Positions 1-11,645 are shown, counted from the stretch's first letter. The stretch: DNA of 64,000 nucleotides from Lama guanicoe (GCA_013239625.1 MU054323.1:20791082-20855081), one strand, 5' to 3'. The notes: generated by a model not told the origin, from the letters alone. Translations and numbers: made by a program.

Positions 1-43
1 TGAACACTTGGACTTTTTTACCTTAAAGAACATTATCATTTCT

Positions 44-806
44 TGACAAATGCTGGAGAGGCTGTGGAGAAAGGGGAACCCTCCTACACTGCTGGTGGGA
101 ATGCAGTTTGGTGCAGCCACTATGGAAAACAGTGTGGAGATTCCTCAAAAGACTAGGAATAGACTTACCATATGACCCAGGAATCCCACTCCTGGGCTTG
201 TATCCAGAAGGAATCCTACTTCAGGATGACACCTGCACCCCAATGTTCATAGCAGCACTATTTACAATAGCCAAAACATGGAAACAGCCTAAATGTCCAT
301 CAACAGGTGACTGGATAAAGAAGAGGTGGTATATTTATACAATGGAATACTACTCAGCCATAAAAACTGACAACATAATGCCATTTGCAGCAACATGGAT
401 GCTCCTGGAGAATGTCATTCTAAGTGAAGTAAGCCAGAAAGAGAAAGAAAAATACCATATGAGATCGCTCATATGTGGAATCTAAAAAACAAAAACAAAC
501 AAACAAACAAAAACAAAGCATAAATACAGGACAGAAATAGACTCACAGACAGAAAATACAGACTGGTGGTTACCAGGGGGGTGGAGGGTGGGAAGGGATA
601 GACTGAGATTTCAAAATTGTAGAATAGATATACAAGATTATACTGTACAGCACAGGGAAATATACACAAAATGTTATGATTAGTCACAGAGAAAAAAATG
701 TGACAATGAGTGTGTATATGTCCATGAATGACTAAAAAATTGTGCTGAACACTGGAATTTGACACAACATTGTAAAATAATTATAAATCAATAAAAAATG
801 TTAAAA
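44..806 (+). mobile_element. Young 5'-truncated LINE-1 (ORF2 C-terminus, 3' UTR, short A tail)
   Basis: Open frame from about 45 to 485 includes the Cys-rich [19 protein letters not shown] and ends MRSLICGI*. Perfect 19-bp TSD aaagaacattatcatttct at 25-43 and 807-825, at a TT/AAAG endonuclease site. Confidence 0.95.
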
Positions 807-896
807 AAAGAACATTATCATTTCTAATGGTACTAAAACATGAAATATCTTGGGAAAAATCTAACAAAATCTGTATAAGATTCATCATGTGTATGC

Positions 897-1112
897 CTGT
901 ATTCAGCAATTTTTTTTTCCCGTAAAGGGCCAGAGAGTAAATATAATAGACTTTCTGGGTCATGTGGTAACTACTCAACTCTGGCATTATACTGTAAAAG
1001 CAGCCATAGAAAATATGTAAACAAATGAGCATGACTGTGTCCCAATGAGTCTTTATTTACAAAATATGGGGCAGGATAGATTTGGCCCATAGATTATAGT
1101 TTGCCAACCCCT
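897..1112. mobile_element. MER58A-like hAT-Charlie DNA transposon relic
   Basis: Recognisable motifs gtaaagggccagagagtaaata, aaagcagccatagaaaatatgtaaacaaatg and gatttggccc...tagtttgccaacccct. Confidence 0.8.
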
Positions 1113-1351
1113 AGTCTAGACGAATAAACTTAGTACATCTCCTTGTTTACTACTGATTAAAATTCCCAGACTCAGTGAAGGTACTTGTGAATTTGTAGGC
1201 TTTTGTAGGGGTAGAGATACAAATAATTTCTGTCCAGCAGAACAAATAAATTCAAAGGTCTACAACCTGTTGGACATTAATGAGTTAAGTAATATCTGTT
1301 ACACATATTCATTTTATACTTGCCTGATAGTGATGATTTTATCTTTATGAA

Positions 1352-1401
1352 AATTATACTTTAACTTTGGGGTCAATTATACTTTAAATTTGGGGTCAAT
1401 T
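1352..1401. repeat. 23-bp tandem duplication aattatactttaa(c/a)tttggggtc x2
   Basis: Units at 1352-1374 and 1375-1397 with one mismatch. Confidence 0.85.
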
Positions 1402-2316
1402 TGCCCCCAAATTGCTCTAAAGATTTAATGCAATCATAATAAAAAATATTGTCTATTATCTTACTATTTATTCTTTCACACGAATTTACTTTTTTATTTT
1501 ACATTTTTATTGAGTAATAGTCATTTTATAATGTGTCAAATTCTAGTGTAGAGCACAATTTTTCAGTTATACATGAACATATATATATTCATTGTCACAT
1601 TTTTTTTGATATCACACGATCTTGTATATATTTCCCTGTGCTATACAGTATAATCTTGTTTATCTATTCTATATTTTGAAATTCCAGTCTGTCCCTTCCC
1701 ATCCCCCACCCCCTTGGCAACCACAAGTTTGTATTCTATGTCTATGAGTCTGTTTCTGTTTTATATTTCTTTTCTTTTCTTTTCTTTTCTTTTCTTTTCT
1801 TTTTTTTGGTTCCTCATACGAGCGATCTCATATAGTATTTTTCTTTCTCTTTCTGGCTTACTTCACTTAGAATGACATTCTCCAGGAGCATCCATGTTGC
1901 TGCAAATGGCGTTATGTTGTCAGTTTTTGTGGCTGAATAGTATTCCACTGTATAAATATACCACTTCTTCTTCATCCAGTCATCTGTGGATGGACATCAA
2001 GGCTGTTTCCATGTCTTCGCTATTGTAAATAGTGGTGCTATGAACATAGGGGTGCAGGTGTCATTTTGAAGTAGGGCTCCTTCTGGATATATGCCCAGGA
2101 GTGGGATTCCTGGGTCATATGGTAAGTCTATTCCTAGTCTTTTGAGGAATCTCCATACTGTTTTCCACAGTGGCTTTCCTTGCTTCCCTCTCCCACTCTT
2201 AATGATTTAGATGTCTTCTTTTACAATTTTGTGTTTATTCTTTTTGTAATTCATGGCAGTTATCTCCTTTCCAGTTACGAGTTTCTCATTTTTGTAGCAT
2301 CCTGCTTCTTTTCTAT

Positions 2317-3210
2317 TTAGAGTAGACCTGTGAATATTTCTTTCAGCATGGGTTTAGTGTTGCTAAACTCTTTTAGATTTTGCTTGTCTGTGAAGTTCTT
2401 TATCTCTCCTTCTACTCTAAAGGATAGCCTTGCTGGATAGAGTATCCTAGGCTGCATCTTTTTTTCATTCAGGACTTTGAATATATCTTGCCACTCCCTT
2501 CTGGCCTGTACTGTTTGTGTAGAGAAATCAGCTGAGAGCCTTATGGGGGTTCCCTTGTAACTCACTCTTTGTTTTTCTCTTGCTGCCTTTAGGATCATTT
2601 CTTTATCCTTGACTCTGGCCATCTTGATTATGATATGTCTTGGTGTGGGTCTGCTTGGGTTCTTCCTGTTTGGGACCCTCTGAGCCTCCTGTTCTTGGAT
2701 ATCTGATTCCTTTTTTAGGTTTGGGAAGTTTTCAGTTATGACTTCTTCAAGTATCTTTTCAGTCCCCTTTGTTCTTTCTTCCCCTCCTGGAGCCCCTATT
2801 ATGCATAGATTGGCACGCTTTATATTATCCCATAGGTCCCTTATATTGTTTTCAATTTGCTTTTCTCTCACCTGTTTTGATCAGGTGCTTTCTGTTGTCC
2901 TGTCTTCAAGGCCACTTTTTCGTTCCTCTGCATTATCTAGCTTGCTTTGTACAGCCTTTAGGTCAGCTCTCATCTCAGCAAATGAGTTTACTAATTCTAC
3001 TTGGTTCTTTTTTATAGCTTCTATTTCATTTTTGACATATTTTATATCTCTAAACACTATTTCTTTTAGTTCCTTCAGTACTTTGATCACTCCTTTTTTG
3101 AAATCTTGATCTAGTAGGCCATCAATGTCTATTTCCTTGATCGTGTTTTCAGGGGATTTCTCTTGATCTTTTAATTGGGAGTGATTCCTCTGCCTCTTCA
3201 TCTTGCTCAT
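2317..3210 (-). pseudogene. L1 ORF1p (298 codons including stop) with one in-frame premature TGA at 2881-2883
   Basis: ORFs 2881..3210 and 2317..2871 share a frame (9-nt gap). Motifs NIRDLWDNIKR, ENFPNL, RPTPRHIIIK, GTPIRLSADFS, ARREW and YPARLSF are typical of L1 ORF1p. Confidence 0.92.
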
Positions 3211-3329
3211 ATCTCTCTGGCGCTGTGGCTTAAGGAGTATCAGTTATCTAGTTCTCCTGGAGACATGTGCTCTTAATGATTTTATAGAGAGTTCTTTGTG
3301 TCTTCACCCTGTTTCATGTACTCAGCTTG

Positions 3330-4435
3330 CTGTTTGCAGAAGCCCTCCGTTGGCGCCCTTGTCTGTGCTGCTCCCAGTGGCTGTCAGCTAGCAGATCATG
3401 CCCCCTCCCAACACTGGATCAGATGCTGAGCTCTTACCCGGTGGGCGGGGGGTCCACCCACCCTCTCCTGGCACCTGTCGCTCCACTGCTCTGTGCAGCT
3501 GCCTGCTCCACTTCAGGTTGGTGCTCTGAAGGCAGGCTCAGGGAAGAACGCGGAATGGCCCCGCCCCTGCTCCGGGCCAAATCTCAGCTCCTTATTTGTC
3601 TTGGTGGCATGAGTTCTCTGAGGTGTCAGGCAGGGCAGAAAGATCCTATCTGCCTCGGGTTGTAAACAAGTCTCAGTCCTGCCCAGGAGGTTGCGGAGCC
3701 CCTGGGTATGGATTCAGGTCCTGGCCGTGCCCCTGCCCAGGTGCTGAGCACAGGAGGAGACGGCAGCTGTGGCTGCGCCTCGCCTCTCTTCTCAGGAAAA
3801 GTGCCAGTAGTGGCGGCGCAGGTCCGAGGAGACAAAGGCTATGGCGCCCTCCCCCCCAGGGCACACCAGCCGTGTTGCTTTGCTTTTTTCGCAATTTATG
3901 GGGGCTGAGGTTGTTCTGCTCCATATCCCTTCCCAGCCATGGCGCACAGCCCCCTGCAGTCCCCCGGGGCTGCCTCAGTGCAGCCGTCCCCGTCCCCCGC
4001 CCGGCTCAGGCAGCCTGTCCTGGCCCCAGCTGCCGGCTCACGTCTCGGGCTGGGTGTCGCGGGGACCCTTTGTGCCTGTTTAACTCAGTTCTGTCAGTCA
4101 AGGGGTGCTCGGGGCAGATCTGAGCCTCAGAGGCTCCCCCTCCGTCCTGCTGGCCTCTCCGTTGGAGAGAGGAGCCCCAGCGAACGAGCGCCAGTCCTCC
4201 TTTGCCGCTCCCTCCCCGCGGGATCGGTCCCGCACTGTTTTGCTTTTTCTTCTTTCTTTTTTCCTTTTCTCCTACCAGGTTTTTGGCGTCTTTGTCTTTC
4301 AAAGAGGGCGATGTTCTGTCAGAGTTCGGCAGGTGCTCTGGTTGGCTGAGTAGGTCTATAGATGTGAGTTTAAGTGTATTTGTGGGAGAGGGTGAGCTAC
4401 GAGCGTCCTTCTACTCCGTGATCTTGCTTCTCTCC
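3330..4435 (-). promoter_or_regulatory. CpG-rich L1 5' UTR (internal Pol II promoter region)
   Basis: The only extended GC/CpG-dense segment in an AT-rich window, upstream of ORF1. The YY1-type motif reads CAAGATCACGG rather than the usual CAAGATGGCGG. Confidence 0.7.
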
Positions 4436-4694
4436 CACACGAATTTAATTGTAGTGTCACGAAAAAGTTTAAAGAAAATCAAAATTTGAATTGGATATAT
4501 GCATTAAAACCATGTTTACATTTGTAGAAAACTGACTATAATATTCAATCTTATCAAAAATATGTGATATCCTTGGGGAAAACCCAAGAGACTCAACAGG
4601 GAACATATTACAAAGGATCGTTACAAATGACATCATTACAAATGACATCTCACTGAGCATGCTACAGCATAATAACTTAGGCATACAGTCTCTG

Positions 4695-4880
4695 AAACCT
4701 AGGATCTGCCACTTTCTAGCAGTGAGACTTTGGGCAAGTCATTTAACCTCCCTGAGCTTTAGTTTCCTTATTATAAAACAGCACTCACTTTCTAGGATTG
4801 TTATAAGGATTTAATAAATAAATGTATTTAAGTGCAGAAAACGATGTTTGACACAGAGTAAGTGTAATAAAAGTGATGAC
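4695..4880 (+). mobile_element. MIR SINE relic
   Basis: Core ctgccactttctagcagtgagactttgggcaagtcatttaacctccctgagctttagtttcc. Confidence 0.75.
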
Positions 4881-4989
4881 TAATAGTATTATTACAAAGT
4901 GAATATATATAGAACAGCACAAGTCAAAAGATAAAACATAAGTACTCACGATTACAGTAATAAGAAAGAAAAATATATAATCCACATGA

Positions 4990-5420
4990 AGAAAGCTTTA
5001 AAATATAATGCTATTGAGGAACATAAAAGACAAATGCATGAAAAGGCAAACCATATTCTTGAATAGGACAGCAGCATGATAAAGATGTTAAGTATGGTTA
5101 ATAATTAAATGTATAAATTTAATGTGATCCCAATAAAACCATCAGTAGAATGGAGGATGGAGGAACTAAACAAGTTGATTTAAAATTCACAGGGTACTGA
5201 AAAAGAAGAGCACTGAAGCGGAATTAGTTTCTAGCAAATTGTAGAACATATTATAAAGCTACTGTGAGCAACTGGTGTAAAAACAGACAAACCATTCAAT
5301 GGAACAGGCTAAAAATCTAGAAAATAAGAGCAACTGAAGACTGAAGTTTAGTGTGTGACAAAGATAGCCCTTCTGTCGGGAGAGGTAAAATGTATTTTTC
5401 AACAAATGTATTTGGGATCA
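4990..5420 (+). mobile_element. Ancient L1M ORF2 fragment
   Basis: Degenerate ORF2 motifs ccatattcttgaatagga, aaatttaatgtgatcccaataaaa and caatggaacaggctaaaaatctagaaa. Confidence 0.6.
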
Positions 5421-7204
5421 GAAACCCCCTTGCAATAGCTTTCCATTAAGTAATTTTTTAATTCCTCTCACTAATGTTAAATAAATTTCATAATAGTCTT
5501 TAAAAACTTACAATAAAATCATAAATGTTATCATTTGTTAAGAAACTATATACCATGCCAGCCGCTATAATGGGAATTTGTACATATAACATCTCTACTC
5601 CTTATACCAGTCTTTCAAATTACATGTCATTATTTTACAGGTGGTTAGGTTTCACTTTAGAATACAAGAGATCTGCCCCAGGTCAAATACCTACAAAGTG
5701 GGGAAAGAGTATTTCCCCACTAGCCTGGATCCCAATCCTCTTTCCATACACCATCCTCCGTTCACAAAATAATGCACGTTGTCAAAGAAACTCCAAGAAT
5801 GAAGCAATTAAAACAGTGCGAGATTATAAACTGTGCATACCAAGTAGGAAAGAAGTAACCACAATAATAGACTATCTTCTCTTTATGCCTTTTAGTTTTA
5901 AAATGGTAAATACACTGGAGTTCAGGTCTTATTTACATTCTCTCATGGGAGCCTGGCATTTCAGTCACTGGTGATATCCAAGAGGAATCTACTTTATACC
6001 AAGTTCTTTCTAATAGAGTTAAAGTGAGGCTAGAGTGAGCTTCAACAGAACTTGACACTGAGGAAAATTTTGTAACTGTTTTCATTTTCTATGTGCAAGG
6101 TCCTAGTGTGGGAAACTGGAAATCTGTGCGCCAGGAAGAATATAACACTGGTTATTTTGACTTCCCTCCGCTGGGCAGTAAACTTCTATTTTTGGAAATT
6201 GAGGTATCCCTTTAATCCTGTTATAGAACTGCTGACGGCGGTAAGACAGCAAAGGAAAGTCGGCACAGGGCCTGTACCAGCATGGTCTCCAAGAACGGGA
6301 GTAAGACAAAGCAAAAGCATTTTGCAGGAGAATTTTGTGATCCTGGTGTCAGTGTTCACAACCCAACACAAGAAACGCCACCCAACTGCAAGTCATTTCA
6401 GACTAAAGAGAAACTCCCAAAGCCAGTATTTACAGCATGGTTGGTGTTGTATTTGTAGAAAACAGCACAGCCCTCCTCTACATCTGTCCTCTCCAAGGAT
6501 TCTACACATCACCAGCAGTCTTCTCTTCAACCTTGTGGGGTGGATATAAAGATACTGTTCAGAACGTGCAGGCCTTCTTCTGTTTAGACTTGTCAGGTAC
6601 AAAGACACTGTTGCTACTCTCCTGAAGAAGGACCCTTCTTCTTTTTTAAAGACCCTTCTGACGATGATTTGTTTTCTCCCAGCCGCTGAGACACCTGAGC
6701 CAACTTTTATTTTTAATGAAAATCACCTCCTCTTCAAAAATGGCCTCCAATCGGCTGAATTCATTTTCAAAGTTCCCTTTGATTCTAAAGCTGAAAACAT
6801 ACAGAATGAATGTCCTTCTCCCAAAATGAACTTGGTGTTAGGGACTTACATCAGATGCCCCCAGACAATGATAAAGAGCCATATTCTAAACATTCAGTCT
6901 CAGTTACCGAAGATCACTCTTAAATGGATGAAGGCTGATTCTACCCAACTTTGAAGCAAAACAGCGGATACTTGCTTGGGGTCAGTAGCGAGGACTCTGT
7001 TGCTACTTTCCAGACCTTGGCCCAAATACCACACTCGGATAAAGTCAGATGTCAGTAAATTACTGACATTCAGAAGAGCCTTTCAGAGGCCCTGGTGATG
7101 CTGGGTACACACAGCATGCTTACCTTTCTGTACCCATCACTAACTCTATGAGAAAGAAAATCTGTTCTTCAAAATGAGAGGACTAGAAAGTAGGATGTCC
7201 TAGA

Positions 7205-8050
7205 GTAAGTTTTAGATGTACCAAAAAGTTGCAGAAATGGTACACAAAGTTTCTGTATATCCTTCACCCAGTTCCCCCCGCTGTCACCATCTTCCATCAC
7301 TGTGATTCATCTGTCACAACTAAGAAATTAATCGGTACATTACACCAACTAAACTCTACCCACTTAATTCAGATTTCAGTAGTTTTTACCTGATGTCCTT
7401 TTTTTGTTTCAGGATCCCACCAAGGGTACCACATTACATTCAGTTGACATGTTTCCTGGGGCTCTTCTGGTCTATAACAGTTTCTCACACTTCTTCCTTG
7501 TTTTTTTGATGACCTTAATGGTTTTGAGGCGTTCTGGTCAAATATTTTTGTAAAAAAAGTCCCTCAATTTGGACTTGTCTGATCTTTTTCTTTTTTCTTT
7601 TCTTTCTTTTTTTTAATTAGACTAGGATTATGAGTCTTGGGGAGGAAGACCACATAGGTGACACGCCATTCTCATCCTAACATAACAAGCATGCATGCCA
7701 TCACACGCTATCAACATGACTTATCACTGTTGAGCCTGGATCACGCAGCTTAGAGGTGGTGTTGCCAGATTTCTCCACCGTAGGGTTATTCTCCTCTCCT
7801 GCCTCTTCCCATGTTCTGTGGAAGCAAGTCACTGCATGCAGCCCACACTCAAGGGATGACGGAAGGGAAATTAAGCTTCATCTTCTGAAGAAGGCACAGG
7901 GGTTCGCAGGGAGGTAACTACATAACTATCTGGCATTCTTCTGCGTCTCTCCCGACATCCCCCCCCCATTTATTTATTTGTTCAACCATTCAACCATTTA
8001 TTTACTTACATCAATATGGAAATGTATTTTTATACTGTGGGTTACAGGCT
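7205..8050 (-). mobile_element. Old L1MC-like 3' UTR
   Basis: Motifs aaaaagttgcagaaatggtaca, cccttcacccagttcccc, gtttcaggatcccaccaag and ggggaggaagaccaca. Confidence 0.65.
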
Positions 8051-8084
8051 CACTACAATATCCTGGAAAAGGCTTAGTTGGACT

Positions 8085-8245
8085 AGTCCGTCTTAAGTTT
8101 AACGAGCATATGAGTTCAACTGGGGATGTTGTGAAAATGCACATTCTGATTCAGCAGGTCTGGGGTGGCCCAGGGTTGCGTACTTCTGACCAGCCCCATG
8201 CGATGCTGCTGTTGGCCTGGCCCTACACTCCGAGTGACAGAGCTC
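8085..8245. mobile_element. MER5-like hAT-Charlie relic
   Basis: aaaatgcacattctgattcagcaggtctggggtggcccag. Confidence 0.7.
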
Positions 8246-8460
8246 TCCCGACTCTGCCTGACCTCTCCCACCTCTTCCAGAAATGAGTGCTCACCCTGCC
8301 CTACAGCAACCCACTCCACCTCTGAAAGGCCAATCAGGGAATCAAAAATGAAATATTCTCAATCCTCAAATCCATTCACTTGGATACAAACTCTGAGGCA
8401 GACTTTTTGTTGTTGTTTTTGTTTTGTTTTAAACTGTAGATGTTTTTAGGTCACCACCAT

Positions 8461-8503
8461 CTCTCTCTCTCTCTCTGTCTCTCTCACGCACACACACACA
8501 CAC
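8461..8503. repeat. Compound (CT)n(CA)n microsatellite
   Basis: Read directly from the sequence. Confidence 0.85.
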
Positions 8504-10139
8504 AGAGGCTACCTCTACCTTCTCTATGTGAATTTAAAAATGACTAAACTCATTGTGATGGATGCGGTGATGTCTAAGGTTGAATTTCTGGAATGGAAAG
8601 CTATCTGGGAGTTGTATGTCTCTATTTCAGTCTGTGTGGTCCTTCAGGAGTAAAAATGAGAGAAACAGCAAAGAAGGAAAAGCTGGGACAAAGGAAGAAT
8701 AACAAAGTAAAACATATATTTACCCAGAACAGATGAAGTAATGATGTTGGAGCCATGTTTCCAAAACAATATGGTTCTCCTTCTTTAATAAGGCCCCAAA
8801 GGTCTTGGGGAAGAGTGGGCTGCATGAGCAAAAGCCCCACCACTGCATAGAGATTACAGGCTGAAGGGCACTGGTATTGATCTTCTGCCGAAATCTATCA
8901 CCCCGTTTTGATTTGGTGGGCATGGATTATATTGCATCTGTAACTCACTACGAGAATACGGACTCATTTTTAAAATTTTAGCACCCCAATAAATAAATAA
9001 ATAAATAAAATTTTAGCACCCTTATTCTAAATGCACACACACAGACAAAATGTATGTCAAATCATACATTTTAATATAAACTACTGCCCTGTAACTCTGT
9101 TCTCTAAATAAACATTTGAAAATCAAACCTGATGACTAAATTTTCTCTCTAGCAGACTGAGCAATAAATACTTGTTTTTGGTATAAAAACAACAGTTTAT
9201 TAATTGGACTAGTAAATGTCTCACATACTTGGAAAAAGCAATTATAAAACAGGAAACTGAAACTGCATTTTTAGAAACAACATGTTAGATATAAAAATTA
9301 CCATATATCCTGCAATCCACGAAGAAAGGAAGGACATAATGTCTATTTGCTATAAACTCACTTAAACTTACAAGTAAAACCTGTCTTACCATCTACATGA
9401 AGTAAAGATACTTTTTAAAGGCTTAAATAGTGAATAAGGGGGAAAAAATGTCAAACAGCATATTTGAGATGTTAATTATACTGATCTCTTTGAAGTTTAA
9501 CAAAGATGATGGAATTTTCTGGCACTTGTAAATTCTTTAAAGTCATAATTTTTTAAAAAAAAAGCATGTTAAATCCATTTGATATGAAAAATAACTCAAA
9601 GAAATGTTAGTCCCTTTTGGAAATATGAATCCCAGGAAGTTAATGAAAAATGTTCCTCTCACCAGAAATTTTACTTTACTAAGCTTAAAAAGGCATCCCA
9701 AGTAAGAGAATGACCAAGTTTCTACTGAAAAGAGAGCCCTACCTATTCAGTATGAATATGGGGCCAACATTAAAACATCTGACACTTGTACATACCTAAC
9801 AACTGCTCCAGAGTGCCATTAATTCAAGTATATAACACACATTCCCTTCATTAGTGAGAAAAAAAAATAGAGGATGAAGGATGAAGCAGGAAGGCAATAG
9901 CCTATTTCCATTTGGCAAAAAAAATAAATAAATAAATAAAAGAACAACTGGAGCCTGGGGATTTAGATATGCCAGGAATCCCCGACAGCATGCCGCACTC
10001 AACAGTGATCATGAAACTCATCTGCAAACAGAGGAGGTTACAACCAATGAAGCTTTAGAACAGCTTCAAAAGAGCCCCTTCCTGCCCCAAAGGACATTCC
10101 CCTCTGCCCTCTTCTGGAGACAGATCCAATCATTAGAAT

Positions 10140-10300
10140 TACTGTGTTTTATCTCATTTAATTTTCACAGCTATCCCCAGAAAACTATTTGTTTCTCCAT
10201 TTTACAGAGGAGCGGATGAAGGCTAAGAAATCTAAGTGGGCAGTGGAGTCAACATTTGGACCCAGATGGTCTTACTCCAGAGCCTTCTCTCTTAACTATT
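10140..10300 (-). mobile_element. MIR SINE relic
   Basis: ctccattttacagaggagcggatgaaggctaagaaa...gtcttactccagagcc. Confidence 0.6.
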
Positions 10301-11531
10301 ACATTAAGACAGAACTGTTAATTGGGAGAAGCAAGACAGATGATGCACAATGGCAAAGATGAAACCTAATGATCTAAGAGTAAAGGTTAAAGTATAAGTC
10401 ATGGGGTGGGAGGAGGGGTTGCAGGGTAGCCATGGAGTCAAAATGGTCACTATTGCTCTAGGAGCTAGATGCGTACCTGATTTTGTTGAATAAATGCATC
10501 ATTATCTGAGGGTCTAATGGAACACAGGGATAAACAAGGCAAAGAAGACAGAAAGTCATTTATATGAACATCTGTATGCCACCAAATTGGACAACCTAGA
10601 AGAAAGGGATAAATTCCTAGAAACATGCATAGAAACATACCAAGACTGAATCAGAAAGAAACAGAAAATGTGAACAGAACAAAAATGAATAAGGAGATTG
10701 GATAAGTAATAAAAAATCTCCCAACAAAGAAAATCCCAGGAAAGATGGATTCACTGGTAAATTCTATCAAACATTTAAAGAAGACTTAACATCAATCCTT
10801 CTCAAACTCTTCCCAAAATACTGAAGAGGGAACACACCCAAACTCATTTACAAGGCCAGAATTACCCAGACACCAAAACCAAGTAAAATTACAAAAAGAA
10901 AAAGAAAAAAAAAAAAAACCCAAAACCAAAAAACTACAGGCCAATATCCCTGATCAATACAGATCAATACAAAAAAATTCAAAACACTAGCAAACCAAAT
11001 TCAACAGCACAGTAAAAACATCATGCACCATAGTCAAGTGGAATTCATCTCTGAGATGCAAGGATGGCTCAATATATGCAATACACTAAGTGTGATAGAT
11101 CACATTAATAGAATGGAAGATTAAAATCATATGATCATCTTAATCTTTACAGGAAACATTTTGACAAAATTAAACATCCATTCACAATAAAAACTCTCAA
11201 CAAATTGCATATAGAAGGAATGTACCTTAATGTAATAAGGGCCATATGTAACAAGTCCACAGCTAACATCATACTCAATAGTGAAAGGTTGAAAGCTTTT
11301 CCTCTAAGATCAAGAACAAGACAAGGGTACGTATTCTCATCACTCCTATACAACATAGAATGTGCAAGAACAAAGATGAAACCTAATGATCTAGATCTTA
11401 TACTAGCAGTCCTAGCCAGAGCAACTGGGCACAAAAGAGAAATAAAAGGCATCTGAATTAGAAAAAAAGAAGTAAAATTATCTCTGTTTGCAGATGACAT
11501 GATCTTATATATAGAAAATCCTAGACTCTGA

Positions 11532-11533
<2 letters not shown>

Positions 11534-11611
<78 letters not shown>

Positions 11612-11645
11612 AAAACTAAAACAAAAAAAAAAAAAAAAAAAACAA
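11534..11645 (+). repeat. Poly(A) tract: 76 uninterrupted A (11534-11609) plus an A-rich tail
   Basis: Read directly from the sequence. Confidence 0.9.

Larger units (their letters stand above)
1489..4435 (-). mobile_element. LINE-1 with complete 5' UTR and ORF1 but almost all of ORF2 missing
   Basis: 12-bp TSD cacacgaattta at 1477-1488 and 4436-4447. L1-type 5' start GGAGAGAAGCAAGATCACGGAGTAGAAGGAC. GC/CpG-rich 5' UTR, ORF1 at 3210-2317, then a jump at about 2174 to the ORF2 C-terminus, 3' UTR and A tail. Confidence 0.93.

Noticed and set aside
3203..4489. Many overlapping GC-rich ORFs (up to 175 aa) on both strands
   Set aside because: They lie in the GC-rich L1 5' UTR where stops are rare, and encode no recognisable protein. 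An ORF0-like antisense ORF cannot be supported from sequence alone.
4621..4649. Short direct repeat ttacaaatgacatc x2
   Set aside because: A simple slippage duplication with only two copies. There are no spacers or array structure, so nothing CRISPR-like occurs in this eukaryotic window.
5525..6954. ORFs of 149, 152 and 96 aa on the + strand
   Set aside because: No recognisable homology, no consistent splice structure, and antisense within an intron. Lengths are compatible with chance.
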